Shown: positions 1-9,534 of the stretch, in pieces
Layout of the letters: each line of letters starts with the position of its first letter
Numbering within the stretch: the stretch's first letter is position 1
IMG/VR virus record: IMGVR_UViG_3300037478_000646
Location: 18,906-82,905 of that record
Length of the DNA stretch: 64,000 nucleotides
Strand: one strand, 5' to 3'
Origin: a virus
Taxonomy: Duplodnaviria > Caudoviricetes
Made by a program: the position numbers and the translations under genes
Notes under the pieces: model-generated
Database searches by the model: none
Told to the model about the DNA's origin: nothing
The model's input: only the letters and a program-made list of their open reading frames with translations

Positions 1-190
1 GCATCCGGCACATCAGCGCAAGACGTTCCCTTGACGGCCAAGCCGTCATCCTGCCCGGCTTCATATGTTCGATGATAGCGAGCGCGATCAGCTTGACCGG
101 AACTGGCACGTCCAGCGCCCATATCGTTCGCCGTAGATCGATATAGGATTGCGGGCCAGCAACCTCGTCAGGAAGGACTTTCTTCAGCAT
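1..190 (-). CDS. Helix-turn-helix replication initiator-like protein (N-terminal part; truncated by window edge)
   Basis: Not in the ORF track. ATG at 190 overlaps the upstream TGA and reads MLKKVLPDEVAGPQSYIDLRRTIWALDVPVPVKLIALAIIEHMKPGRMTAWPSRERLALMCRM; the WPSxxxLA motif is typical of phage HTH replication proteins. Confidence 0.6.
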   Translation of the reverse strand, partial: MLKKVLPDEVAGPQSYIDLRRTIWALDVPVPVKLIALAIIEHMKPGRMTAWPSRERLALMCRM

Positions 191-540
191 CACGCCACCC
201 CCCGCAGGTCATCCACATTCGGCACAGGCATGGCCGAAGAAAATGACGGCGGAGGATCGAAGTCCGAAGGATCCGGCCGGAACAGTCTGGCGATTCGGCC
301 CGTGTCAATCACAAGCCAGCCACGAATCCGGTAATTTTGCGGGATTTCCACAAGTGATAAATGTGCTTGTGGAGAACAAGCAGGTGAGCTATACAGTTTC
401 ATAGAACGAAATCCTTTGCGGTTTAAAGAGCGCAACCCTTGTAACCCTTTGCGATTCGTTGGACGCCGAATGCAACGAGGATCCGCCACAGATCCGAATT
501 GCCAGATTTTCTCAAGGCCGCTGCCATACGGCCCCATCAA
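190..540 (-). CDS. Hypothetical protein (start may be at 402)
   Basis: Stop overlaps the next start (TGATG at 192-188). Confidence 0.4.
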   Translation of the reverse strand: MMGPYGSGLEKIWQFGSVADPRCIRRPTNRKGLQGLRSLNRKGFRSMKLYSSPACSPQAHLSLVEIPQNYRIRGWLVIDTGRIARLFRPDPSDFDPPPSFSSAMPVPNVDDLRGVA

Positions 541-597
541 TTACCCAACCAGAAACACGGATTGGCAGGGCTGCAGAGCAGCCCTCCAACCATCTTC

Positions 598-1851
598 TTA
601 TGCCGCCTTGGCGGCTTCAGCCTTCAGCCGCAAACCCCACAACGCCGCCTCACTGGTCCGCTTCATGGCGATCTTCAGCCTGCATACGGACTTGCCCAGC
701 TGGCTGACGTTCACGCCTTCGATCGGCTCAGGCAGGGATTTGCAGAACGCAATATAATCAGCATGCAGAACATGCGCCGCACCGCCATTTCGATCCACGT
801 CAACCCGATCCATGCGCGACTTGATCCACATGAGTGTAACCTTGTCGATCTCGATATTTCCGATCAGTTTTCTGGGCACGACAGCCAGCTGCAGCCTATG
901 CACCTTTTCAGGCCGGACCGACTCGAGAATCTGCGGAGCATTAGGTTCCGTCTCTTTTATCGAAATTTCAAGCGGTTCTTCAGATATTTTTTCTGCTTGT
1001 TCTACCGGCTTGATTTCAATGGGAATTACCCGAGCTTGCTGCCGCGTTGCCGCGCCATAGCCCTGGCAGAACGACCAGAAACCGAATGTCGCCACGGCCT
1101 CGATCATCAGCGCGAAGAAAACCCCATAGCCGGTCGAGATCGTGCGCTTTTCATAACCGGTGGCATAGGCGAGCATTTCATCGCGCGGACTCTCCGATGA
1201 TACTTTCGGCGTGTCCCGCAGCTCATTGCGCTTCGCTGCCAGACTTTCGTCGAGCTTGACGATCTCAGCAGCGTTCGCCTCTTCCACCTTGAGCGCGCGC
1301 CAGGTGCGGCAATGCTGGATCGAATCGGTCAGCGTAGCGTTTCGGCACTGCTCCGTCTGTCCGAACAGATAATGCTGCTCCATACCGATCCGATCGGCCT
1401 CGACCGCGGCGAGCGGCCTGGCTTCCGGAATCCATTTCCGACGCTCTTCAAGCCGGCTGATTTCATCTGTCAGCTTCTCCCAGGTAAGCACATCCTTGCC
1501 GCGCAGATCCGTCGCCGCACTGTTGCTGATGGCCGCGAAACCGAGCGCAGAGCTCAGAGACCAGATGACGCTGACGCCCAGCGCGATCACGAGCGCCAGA
1601 CTTGCCCGGCGCATTCCCGCCTGCCATGCGGCAACGAGCGCGAACGGCGTGCACGTCTTCAGGATATCGAACGCGATCGACGCGGACGAATAGACCTGTG
1701 CCGTTGAGATCTGGAAAAAGAATAAGCTGAACGCGTCATCCGTCCCGAGCGAGAGCCCGAAACGTATATTTGCCGTTGCCGAAACGCCCCATGCAACCGC
1801 GGCAGCCAGCATGGCCGGCATGAACCACAGCCCGTGCCAAACATATCGCAT
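598..1851 (-). CDS. Multi-pass membrane protein with coiled-coil region
   Basis: 417 aa; several hydrophobic segments in the N-terminal part, a coiled-coil middle and a further TM segment. Confidence 0.7.
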   Translation of the reverse strand: MRYVWHGLWFMPAMLAAAVAWGVSATANIRFGLSLGTDDAFSLFFFQISTAQVYSSASIAFDILKTCTPFALVAAWQAGMRRASLALVIALGVSVIWSLSSALGFAAISNSAATDLRGKDVLTWEKLTDEISRLEERRKWIPEARPLAAVEADRIGMEQHYLFGQTEQCRNATLTDSIQHCRTWRALKVEEANAAEIVKLDESLAAKRNELRDTPKVSSESPRDEMLAYATGYEKRTISTGYGVFFALMIEAVATFGFWSFCQGYGAATRQQARVIPIEIKPVEQAEKISEEPLEISIKETEPNAPQILESVRPEKVHRLQLAVVPRKLIGNIEIDKVTLMWIKSRMDRVDVDRNGGAAHVLHADYIAFCKSLPEPIEGVNVSQLGKSVCRLKIAMKRTSEAALWGLRLKAEAAKAA

Positions 1852-1958
1852 TTACAATCCCCGAGTTCTTCTGTACTTTTTGCATTGCGATGAGGATCTG
1901 CGATATTCCGCCCGGCCGCTGCCAGCAGCCGGGCATTATTTTTACCGAATGATCAGGC

Positions 1959-2624
1959 TTATTGTCGCCAATTCAGTCGAACCATTCCGCGAAACGCTTC
2001 AGAGTCGTCGAGAAAAGGAGTCAGGTTAACGCTGGATCCATCGACATCAACGTTGTCCAGCCACAGATAGTCTAGGCCGACGCCCAGCGATGCGTTGGCG
2101 CCGATCATGTAATCGATGCCGCCGCCGAACACCAGCGAATCCGCGTCGACGTCAACGCTGCTAGATCCATTGCTGGCTTCCCAGAATGCTCGTTCATACC
2201 CGACACGGCCAAAGATCAGCGCCCGGTCAAGAGCAACACCAGCCTTGAGCCCGCCATTGACATAATAATTCTGTTTCAGGACATCAAATTTCGTTCCGCC
2301 GACACCGATCTCGGTATTCACATTGCTCCAGCCGCCCTCGACATAAGGACCGAACCGAATTGCACCGGATGAGAACAGATATTCGCCATTAATGCCGCCG
2401 ATCACACCGTCAGAACTAATGCCGTCGAAACTGAACGCCGGACTGGCATCGATATCGATCGCAGAGAACTGGCCACCGGCCTGAACGCCGACAGACAGCC
2501 CCTGAAAATAACCATGTCCAGGCACATCAGCCGTCTGCTCAAGCCGCTTGTCGTAAACATCCGCACCAAATGCCGACGCGATCATCGTGATCGCGAACAT
2601 TGCTGCTGTCAGAATTCGTTTCAT
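1959..2624 (-). CDS. Outer-membrane beta-barrel protein (Omp25/RopB-like)
   Basis: Signal peptide MKRILTAAMFAITMIASAFGAD; alternating Gly/aromatic beta strands (GVIGGINGEY, GGGIDY, GLDYLW). Confidence 0.75.
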   Translation of the reverse strand: MKRILTAAMFAITMIASAFGADVYDKRLEQTADVPGHGYFQGLSVGVQAGGQFSAIDIDASPAFSFDGISSDGVIGGINGEYLFSSGAIRFGPYVEGGWSNVNTEIGVGGTKFDVLKQNYYVNGGLKAGVALDRALIFGRVGYERAFWEASNGSSSVDVDADSLVFGGGIDYMIGANASLGVGLDYLWLDNVDVDGSSVNLTPFLDDSEAFRGMVRLNWRQ

Positions 2625-2688
2625 GTTAGTCCCTCATTCCGTTACGGGCTTGCCTTCATGACACCATCGCCCCCATTGGTGCCGGCCT

Positions 2689-3090
2689 TTATGCGGCGCC
2701 TGGCGGATGCGCCTCTCTGTGATGATACTCACAGTAAGGCGCACCAGTCTTCCGCTTGGCGCCGCAAAAACGAAACGGCGAGCCGAGTGTGACAGGCCAT
2801 TTGCATGCCCGCCTGTTATCGGCCATCTCTTCGAATGAAATCCCCTTGCCGAATTCCGGCTCCGGCATCCTGACCTGTTCGAATCGCGGTCGCGGCGATC
2901 GCAATCTGGGCGGCAGATCCAGCCGCTTGCGATACCCCGTGATGGCTGATTTGGTCTTGCCGAAGATTGCGCCGATATCCTTCGCGCGCATGCCGCTTTC
3001 CCACAATTCGCGAAAGCGTTCTTCAGAAAATGGCTCCTGCTCGATAGTCTCGGACATAACGCCTCGTGAATGAATTGATCCTGCAGGCAC
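2689..3090 (-). CDS. gcrA: GcrA-family cell-cycle regulator
   Basis: N-terminal HTH (LWESGMRAKDIGAIFGKTKSAITGYRKRLDL); C-terminal CKWP...FRFCG...PYCEYH motif. Confidence 0.85.
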   Translation of the reverse strand: MPAGSIHSRGVMSETIEQEPFSEERFRELWESGMRAKDIGAIFGKTKSAITGYRKRLDLPPRLRSPRPRFEQVRMPEPEFGKGISFEEMADNRRACKWPVTLGSPFRFCGAKRKTGAPYCEYHHREAHPPGAA

Positions 3091-3127
3091 ATGCCCGCTT
3101 CAACGCAACAGAGACGCAGTACAATAC

Positions 3128-3460
3128 TCAGGATACGACCGGCAAACGCGGATACAGATCCCTCTGCTCCAGTTTAATGCCCAGATCGGCCGCGATACGC
3201 AACAGCTCCGGATGCCGACGAGCAGGAATCAGCCCGCCCGTTCCCGGTGTTCGCCCGCCATCGGCGCTATCGGCAGAATACATCCAGCGCAGGATGCGCG
3301 ATGGACTGCAGCCCATCCGTTCGGCAAGGACATATTCACCGTTGACCCAGCGCTTCTTATCCGGATCATAGCGCTTGAACTTGTTGACGACACTTTTTGC
3401 CGGATCCAGGCGCTCGCGCCGCGAACGCCGTTGCCGCTCAAACTCGGTACAATCAGACAT
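3128..3460 (-). CDS. Cro-like HTH transcriptional regulator
   Basis: LAERMGCSPSRILRW helix-turn-helix followed by GTGGLIP; first gene of the leftward operon. Confidence 0.65.
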   Translation of the reverse strand: MSDCTEFERQRRSRRERLDPAKSVVNKFKRYDPDKKRWVNGEYVLAERMGCSPSRILRWMYSADSADGGRTPGTGGLIPARRHPELLRIAADLGIKLEQRDLYPRLPVVS

Positions 3461-3470
3461 GATCTTTATC

Positions 3471-3487
3471 TATTCGCAATTCGAATT
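3471..3487. promoter_or_regulatory. Palindromic operator 1 (TATTCG-CAATT-CGAATT)
   Basis: Inverted repeat in the divergent intergenic region; motif recurs at five other intergenic sites. Confidence 0.7.
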
Positions 3488-3543
3488 TCTCACAAGGGGG
3501 CATTCTGCCTATCTATGTGGCCAAATTATCACGAGTTAGGTTT

Positions 3544-3560
3544 AATTCGCAAAACGAATT
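3544..3560. promoter_or_regulatory. Palindromic operator 2 (AATTCG-CAAAA-CGAATT)
   Basis: Perfect 6-bp arms with a 5-bp spacer. Confidence 0.75.
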
Positions 3561-3577
3561 TTTGCACTTGTCAGCAA

Positions 3578-3594
3578 AATTCGAATCTGGAATA
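3578..3594. promoter_or_regulatory. Palindromic operator 3 (AATTCG-AATCT-GGAATA)
   Basis: Degenerate copy of the same motif. Confidence 0.5.
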
Positions 3595-3686
3595 AAGACC
3601 GTCCAAGCAATGCGTACCGGGACGGCAGCCCCATCGCTGGTATTTTTCATGAGGCGCCGTTCCGGAATCAAACGACGGGTAAGGAC

Positions 3687-4124
3687 TTGTCGCGGGCCGG
3701 AACCATGAATGCAGCGCCGATCAGGAAAATGACTTTCCATGCACTGCCGCGCTCGGAAGCGCAGAAGCGGCAGCGGCAGATCGTTCGCAGCGTTTCGATG
3801 GATACAATATATCGCGTCCAGTATCGGAGCATTCACGGCGATATCATTCATTTCATCATCTTCACCGTTACGGCCTGCTTTCTGGCGGCACTATTTTTCC
3901 TGATCTGCCTTCTGAGTGTGCTCGGCTATCTCAGCCGAGCACAAAGCGCCCTTGTATATGCCGGCGCGATTTCCGGCATTCTCGCGGCCATGATCATGGC
4001 CGCGATCATCACGGCAGGATTTAACATGATGCGCCGCCTCGATCCGGCCTTGCAGTGCTGGGCAAAGGAAAAGGCATTTCGCGAAAAAATGCCGTGGGCA
4101 CTTTCAGAACAGGAGAAAAGATGA
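3687..4124 (+). CDS. Hypothetical membrane protein (start possibly 3705)
   Basis: Two long hydrophobic segments; first rightward ORF; stop overlaps next start. Confidence 0.5.
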   Translation: MSRAGTMNAAPIRKMTFHALPRSEAQKRQRQIVRSVSMDTIYRVQYRSIHGDIIHFIIFTVTACFLAALFFLICLLSVLGYLSRAQSALVYAGAISGILAAMIMAAIITAGFNMMRRLDPALQCWAKEKAFREKMPWALSEQEKR

Positions 4125-4339
4125 AGCCGCCAACCTATGAATTCGATGTCACTGTGACTGTGCGCCGACGCGTGCATGTTTCTGGACCGACGAATAAGGA
4201 AACTGCTCGCGGCGTTCTCAAATCGGCAATTCAAGGGATTGGCCTCGGCCCGTTCAACAAATACGGCAACGACCGGCACCCCATCGAAACTCTTTTGAGC
4301 AATGATTTCGAACTTGTTGATGTTGGAGAAGAATCATGA
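4121..4339 (+). CDS. Hypothetical protein
   Basis: ATG at 4121 behind GGAG, ATGA-coupled on both sides. Confidence 0.55.
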   Translation: MKPPTYEFDVTVTVRRRVHVSGPTNKETARGVLKSAIQGIGLGPFNKYGNDRHPIETLLSNDFELVDVGEES

Positions 4340-4917
4340 AGCCGCCAAACGGATCATTTGCGCACGTCGTCACGCAAGAGGCCGAACACGTCCGGCGCCT
4401 GTTCGCCGAGCTGAAAGCGCTGCTTGCTGAGAATGAAGACGACGAGCAGCTGCAGAGCGATCTTGTCGAGAGCGAGACAGGTCTTGTCGAAGCCGTCGAT
4501 CAGGTGCTGCTCAAGCTGGGCGCAGATCTCATGGCAATGCAGGCGATAGACATGCACATCGACGGCCTGAAAGATCGCAAAAGCCGGATCGAGCAGCGCA
4601 CCGACAAGATCAAGAGGCTGCTGGAAAGCACGTACAAGGCAACCGGCATGACCAAGCCGCTGCATTGCCCGCTGGCGACCGTCAGTCTGCGCGCGCAGCA
4701 GGACGAGATCGAGATCATGGACGAAGCCGGAATTCCGGCTGTGCTCTGGAGGCAACCACCACCGCCAGAAAAGAAGATCGACAAGGTTGAACTCAGAAAA
4801 GCGCTTGAACTGGAGCGCACTTTGCTCGAGACTGATCAAGTTCTTACATTGGAACAGGCCATTCCAGGAGCCCGTCTCATAGCACGAGACAAAGCACTTT
4901 CATTGCGCTGGAAGTGA
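4336..4917 (+). CDS. Siphovirus Gp157-family protein
   Basis: Coiled-coil N-terminus, then EIEIMDEAGIP...KKIDKVELRKAL...IPGARL. Confidence 0.75.
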   Translation: MKPPNGSFAHVVTQEAEHVRRLFAELKALLAENEDDEQLQSDLVESETGLVEAVDQVLLKLGADLMAMQAIDMHIDGLKDRKSRIEQRTDKIKRLLESTYKATGMTKPLHCPLATVSLRAQQDEIEIMDEAGIPAVLWRQPPPPEKKIDKVELRKALELERTLLETDQVLTLEQAIPGARLIARDKALSLRWK

Positions 4918-4977
4918 GAAGACTGCAACTGCACTTGATCTGCAACTGAAACTGCAACCGAACGGAGATGAAACGAG

Positions 4978-5508
4978 ATGACGTCGATCAATTCACTGTT
5001 CCCGGCCAATTATCTGAAGGCCGATGACTTTCCGCAGCCGCGCGTGCTGACCATTAATCGCCTCGAAATGCAGGAGATCAATGATAATGGCAGTAAGTCG
5101 AGCAAGCCGATCCTGATTTTCAATGAAATGGGCGATAAAGGACTTGTTTTGAACAAGACCAACGCTGCCAGGATCTCAGAATTTCTTGGCGAAAACGTTG
5201 AAGCATGGCCGCGCATGGCGGTCGAGCTCTATCAGGAAATGGTGGATTTCCAGGGCAAGCGTGTGCCCGCGGTGCGCGTGCGTCGGCCGCAGATGCCCCA
5301 GCAGCAGGCTTACCAGCCGCCGCAGGGCGGTTATCAGCAGCCGCCGCAGCAGGGCTACCAGCAGCCCGCTCCGGCTCAGTACTACAATGGGCAGGGCCAA
5401 GCCGCGCCGCCACCGCAACAGCAATATCCGCAGCAGGGACAGCAGCCGAAACAACCTGCTCCGGGACAGCCATTGGATGACAAAATCCCTTTTGACTTAG
5501 CCGTCTAG
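4978..5508 (+). CDS. Phage single-stranded DNA-binding protein
   Basis: YLKADD...LVLNKTN core, long Gln/Pro linker, acidic DDKIPF tail. Confidence 0.7.
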   Translation: MTSINSLFPANYLKADDFPQPRVLTINRLEMQEINDNGSKSSKPILIFNEMGDKGLVLNKTNAARISEFLGENVEAWPRMAVELYQEMVDFQGKRVPAVRVRRPQMPQQQAYQPPQGGYQQPPQQGYQQPAPAQYYNGQGQAAPPPQQQYPQQGQQPKQPAPGQPLDDKIPFDLAV

Positions 5509-5526
5509 TCTGCTAGACTGGACGGC

Positions 5527-6000
5527 ATGGATCAGAAGTATTGTAGAGAGTGTAAACTGCTCAAGTCGCTTGATCAGTTTTATAAACACAAGATGATGGC
5601 CGATGGTCATCTGAATAAATGCAAGGATTGCGTCAAGTTAAGGGTTAAAGCCCACAGAGAAAAAAACATTGACGCAATCCGAGCTTATGATCGTGAACGT
5701 GCAAAAGAGCCAAAGCGAAGGGCTAATGCAGCAGAAGTTGGCAAAAGGTGGATAAAAAATAATCCCAATAAACCGAGGGAGTATCGCCTTAAGCATGTTG
5801 AAAAATATAGAGCCAGAAGTGCTGTATCAAATGCTATCCGTGATGGAAGACTTATACGAGAACCTTGTGGAATTTGCGGATCGAACAAGCGTGTTCATGG
5901 ACATCATGAAGATTACTCGAAACCGTTAATGGTTAAATGGCGATGTCCTAAATGTCACGCAAAAGAACATGAAGAAGATTTCATGAGGAGACGGAAATAA
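5527..6000 (+). CDS. Zn-finger HNH-type endonuclease
   Basis: CRECK...CKDC zinc finger; CGICG...HGHHEDYSKPL...CPKCH; AT-richer than neighbours. Confidence 0.7.
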   Translation: MDQKYCRECKLLKSLDQFYKHKMMADGHLNKCKDCVKLRVKAHREKNIDAIRAYDRERAKEPKRRANAAEVGKRWIKNNPNKPREYRLKHVEKYRARSAVSNAIRDGRLIREPCGICGSNKRVHGHHEDYSKPLMVKWRCPKCHAKEHEEDFMRRRK

Positions 6001-6003
6001 GAA

Positions 6004-6531
6004 ATGCCGCAGGCGGACCATAGCGGGGATGGCGAAGCGGCCGAGAGTGCGGACGTTGATGAGCGTCCGCCTCTCACTCACTGCCCAATCTGCGACGCCC
6101 CGCTGAACATGAAGGAAACGGACCGCAGCTGGCAACAGCTCAAGCGGTATCATGCCGAGGTGCGCGCGTGGTTCAATTACTGGCCGGACAAGGATCGATG
6201 GCATTTCCACGATCTGACGAACTTCCGCAAGCGGCTGCAAATGGCGGCCGGACACCGGAAACTTTCCTCGCGGATACCGATTGCGAATCCCGAGACCGGC
6301 GAGATTCTGGATGCCGAGTTTCTGACGGTCATGCTCAGGGCAGCCTTTGGCGCGGCCGGCGCGCACGCCCAGGCGGAACCGAATGGGGATTACATTGACA
6401 TATATGTCCCCAAATCCGTTGCGTTGCACCGCATGAGCTCGGTCAAGTTCAGCCTGATGTACGACCGGTGCCGGGAGATTTTTGAACAGGAAACCGGGCT
6501 TAAGGCTGATCAGGTTTTCAAGGAAGATTAA
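6004..6531 (+). CDS. NinB/DUF1367-like recombination-associated protein
   Basis: RSWQQLKRYH...FRKRLQMAAGH...PKSVALHRMS..F pattern; located next to SSB. Confidence 0.45.
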   Translation: MPQADHSGDGEAAESADVDERPPLTHCPICDAPLNMKETDRSWQQLKRYHAEVRAWFNYWPDKDRWHFHDLTNFRKRLQMAAGHRKLSSRIPIANPETGEILDAEFLTVMLRAAFGAAGAHAQAEPNGDYIDIYVPKSVALHRMSSVKFSLMYDRCREIFEQETGLKADQVFKED

Positions 6532-6545
6532 CAGAGGGCAAATCA

Positions 6546-6911
6546 GTGGGGAAAAGCAACAACGTCAACCGTCTCGTTGGAGATCTAATCAGGCTGCACC
6601 GCGTCACGCGCAACTGGAGCCATGTCGATCTTGCGAAGCATTGCGGCCTGTCCGTAACCGTTATCGATCAGATTGAAGGCGCGGACCCGGCTGCGACGCT
6701 TGCGGACATCGAGATCGTTGCAAATGCGTTCGGCATTCCGCTTGCCAATCTTGTCCAGGGCGGCGCCGGTTGCCGGGAGTGCGGCGAGCCGATCGAGATT
6801 ACGCAGCGCAGCGCGCTGTGCTCTTCCTGCCAGGCCAGGGCGAGGATAGCGCTGCGCAGGTTTGTGCTTGGACTTGAAGAAGCGACCACATCAGAGGGAG
6901 CAGTCAGTTGA
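6546..6911 (+). CDS. XRE-family HTH regulator with C-terminal CxxC...CxxC
   Basis: IRLHRVTRNWSHVDLAKHCGLSVTVIDQIEG; CRECG...CSSC; GTG start. Confidence 0.75.
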   Translation: MGKSNNVNRLVGDLIRLHRVTRNWSHVDLAKHCGLSVTVIDQIEGADPAATLADIEIVANAFGIPLANLVQGGAGCRECGEPIEITQRSALCSSCQARARIALRRFVLGLEEATTSEGAVS

Positions 6912-7849
6912 AAGCAAAAACAATCAAACAGGTGATCCGCAAAAAGATCGATGCCTGGCTGGAAACCATTGATGATGAAGATCTGCGCAAACAGGTTTCG
7001 GAAAATATCATCATTACCGGCGGATGCATCGCGTCCATGTTGCTCAATGAGCCGGTCAACGATTTCGATATCTATTTCCGTAATCACGATACGACGCGTA
7101 AGGTTGCAGATTATTATGTTAAACGATTTCAGCCGAAGTCTCGCAAGGGCATTCCATGCAAGATCTATGTCGATGATCAGGACGGACGAGTTCGGATCAT
7201 CATTAAATCTGCTGGCATAGCAAGCGAAGACGGAGCCGAAAAAGACTATAAATATTTTGAATCACAGCCCGAAGGTGAGGCTACGGAATACGTCAATGAG
7301 GTGATGCGCGATCCTGCTGACATCGAAGATGTGCATGAGGAAACCGAACAGGCTGCGCTCGAAACGGAAGACGACGGTAAGCCACAGTTCCGCCCGGTCT
7401 TCATGTCCACGAACGCCATTACGCTCAGCCACCGCATTCAGATCGTGTTGCGTTTTTATGGTGAGCCGGATGTGATCCATGAAAACTACGACTTTGCACA
7501 TTGCACGAGTTATTGGTCGAGCTGGGACAGCAATCTTGTACTTCGACTCGAAGCCCTAGAAGCTTTACTTACCAAGGAACTACGTTATATCGGCAGCAAA
7601 TACCCGATCTGCTCGCTGATTCGACTTCGCAAGTTCATCAAGCGCGGCTTCACGATCAACGCTGGGCAGGTTTTGAAAATGGCCATGCAAGTCAGTGAAC
7701 TTGATCTGACAGATCCGAACGTTCTCGAAGATCAGCTTACTGGTGTCGACGTTGCCTATTTCAGAGAAGTGATTGAAAGGGTGCGCGAGAAAGACCCGAA
7801 CAAGGTCAATTCGGCTTATCTCGTTGAGATCATAAATAGGATGTTCTGA
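6908..7849 (+). CDS. Phage nucleotidyltransferase (class II / CCA-polyA polymerase head-like)
   Basis: IIITGGCIAS...VNDFDIYF (GG...DxD catalytic signature); C-terminal RLRKFIKRGF. Confidence 0.7.
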   Translation: MKAKTIKQVIRKKIDAWLETIDDEDLRKQVSENIIITGGCIASMLLNEPVNDFDIYFRNHDTTRKVADYYVKRFQPKSRKGIPCKIYVDDQDGRVRIIIKSAGIASEDGAEKDYKYFESQPEGEATEYVNEVMRDPADIEDVHEETEQAALETEDDGKPQFRPVFMSTNAITLSHRIQIVLRFYGEPDVIHENYDFAHCTSYWSSWDSNLVLRLEALEALLTKELRYIGSKYPICSLIRLRKFIKRGFTINAGQVLKMAMQVSELDLTDPNVLEDQLTGVDVAYFREVIERVREKDPNKVNSAYLVEIINRMF

Positions 7850-7877
7850 TAGAAGATCAGCCCAGAAAGGATATTCA

Positions 7878-8207
7878 ATGTCCCGTCCCATTACCGACAT
7901 CATGCGCGATATTGCCCGCGGGCATTTCGTCGAGCAGGCAACTGAGGAACTGCAGAAGATCGTTCTGGCCGTTCTGGAAGAGAACAAGACCGGCACGCTG
8001 ACACTGAAGATCAAGGTCAGCAAGAATGATGAAAACCAGGTTTTCTACGATGCCGAGATCGACGGCAAGATGCCGAAGCAGACACTGGCGCGCACCATGT
8101 TCTTCGTCGACAGCGAGGGTAATTCCGTGCGCCGCGATCCCCGGCAGACGGATATGTTCACGAAGAAGGCCGAGGATCAGGCTGAAGACGAGACTGTAAC
8201 TGCATAA
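7878..8207 (+). CDS. Conserved phage protein, usual upstream partner of DUF2303
   Basis: KTGTLTLKIKV...FFVDSEGNSVRRDPRQTDM. Confidence 0.7.
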   Translation: MSRPITDIMRDIARGHFVEQATEELQKIVLAVLEENKTGTLTLKIKVSKNDENQVFYDAEIDGKMPKQTLARTMFFVDSEGNSVRRDPRQTDMFTKKAEDQAEDETVTA

Positions 8208-8232
8208 TTCAATTATTCAGAGGGAAACGATC

Positions 8233-9066
8233 ATGTCTGAAATCAACAGCGATGCCGTCGAGACAATGCGCGAGCTGGTGCAGAATGCACAGGAGCCGCG
8301 GGATCACCCGGCTGGCGGGAAATATCTTGTTCTGCCCGAGGGGCAGGACGTTCATATTCTGTCGCCGCTTGAAGCGCCGCTGCCGGAAACCATCCGCGAG
8401 AAGGTCATGCTTTCACAGCCTGAATCCTTCATTGGCTATGTGAACGATTACAAGGGCGAGCTGACGCGCGTTTTTGCTGATGAGAAGGAACACGAGATCC
8501 GCGCCTTCATCGATTACCACGATCCGGACGGAGAACATGAGCGTCTGGGCCATCGCGTCATATACAAGGCCGAGTATTCCGATCAGTTCAAGCGCTGGTC
8601 GCAGCTTAACAATACCTGGACAGGACAGCGCGATCTGGCTGAATTCCTTGAAGAAGCCCTGCTCGATATCGTCGATCCCGATCACGCCACGATTCTGGAA
8701 ATCGTAAACTCGCTGACCATCTCGCGCAAGCAGGAGTTCAAGTCGGATCAAAACCTGAGCAACGGTAATGTCCAGCTTACCTATGAAATCGTCGATACGA
8801 CCAAGAGCAGCAAAGGCGAAATCGAGATTCCGAAAAAGATCGAGTTGGAAATCCCGGTCTTCAAGGGCGGACCGCTGGCGCGCTTCATGTGCTTCTTCCG
8901 GTACAATCTGAATGATGACGGGCTGCGCTTCATGATCAAGATCGCTCAGTATGACGATCTTGTGACCAAGGCATTCCAGACGATTACCGATGGCATTCAT
9001 GCCGCCATTGAAATTCCGATCCTGTATGGACGACCGCAGGGCGCTCTGAACCTTAGCGGCTACTGA
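8233..9066 (+). CDS. DUF2303 (YfdQ)-family protein
   Basis: SFIGYVN...AFIDYH...QRDLAEFLEE...EIPVFKGG. Confidence 0.8.
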   Translation: MSEINSDAVETMRELVQNAQEPRDHPAGGKYLVLPEGQDVHILSPLEAPLPETIREKVMLSQPESFIGYVNDYKGELTRVFADEKEHEIRAFIDYHDPDGEHERLGHRVIYKAEYSDQFKRWSQLNNTWTGQRDLAEFLEEALLDIVDPDHATILEIVNSLTISRKQEFKSDQNLSNGNVQLTYEIVDTTKSSKGEIEIPKKIELEIPVFKGGPLARFMCFFRYNLNDDGLRFMIKIAQYDDLVTKAFQTITDGIHAAIEIPILYGRPQGALNLSGY

Positions 9067-9069
9067 TCC

Positions 9070-9534
9070 ATGTCCCGTGCCATCCGGCGCCAGAACATGT
9101 CAGAAGAGCTCGCTGCAGCTCTTCTGGCGATCCGCCTCGAAGACGGCAGCTGGCTGATCGACAATGAATATCTGCGCACGAAGGGGACACCGAAGGAGAT
9201 CCGCGGATATGTGCACTGCGACCATACCCGCCGCGTTGCCGAGGACGGCACGAACGAGCCGCAGAATCTCTGGTTCAGGCGAATACCGGATCACTTGCGG
9301 AAAACCTATGAGATCGACATTCCCGAAATTGCCAAGGGAAAACGATTCGGAAAGAAGTATCTGGAATTCCAGCGGCGTGTGCTGGCCAAGAACGATCCCG
9401 ACGCCCACCAGCCTCCGGAGTGCAAGAAACGCAGCAAGCGTTTGCCGGGCGGGCGCGGCAGCGACGTGAAGATCAAGATCGGCGGCGGCGCCGTGAACCG
9501 AAAAACAGGAGAGCCCATTGGGCGGAGACGATGA
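9070..9534 (+). CDS. Degenerate HNH-like protein
   Basis: CDHTRRVAEDGTNEPQNL resembles the DH...GxNxxxNL core; basic tail. Confidence 0.5.
   Translation: MSRAIRRQNMSEELAAALLAIRLEDGSWLIDNEYLRTKGTPKEIRGYVHCDHTRRVAEDGTNEPQNLWFRRIPDHLRKTYEIDIPEIAKGKRFGKKYLEFQRRVLAKNDPDAHQPPECKKRSKRLPGGRGSDVKIKIGGGAVNRKTGEPIGRRR

Noticed and set aside
4920-4960. CTGCAAC short direct repeats before ssb
   Set aside because: Three to four 7-mers only; too little to call iterons or an origin
5290-5460. CAG/CCG-rich repeats
   Set aside because: They encode the ordinary Gln/Pro linker of the SSB
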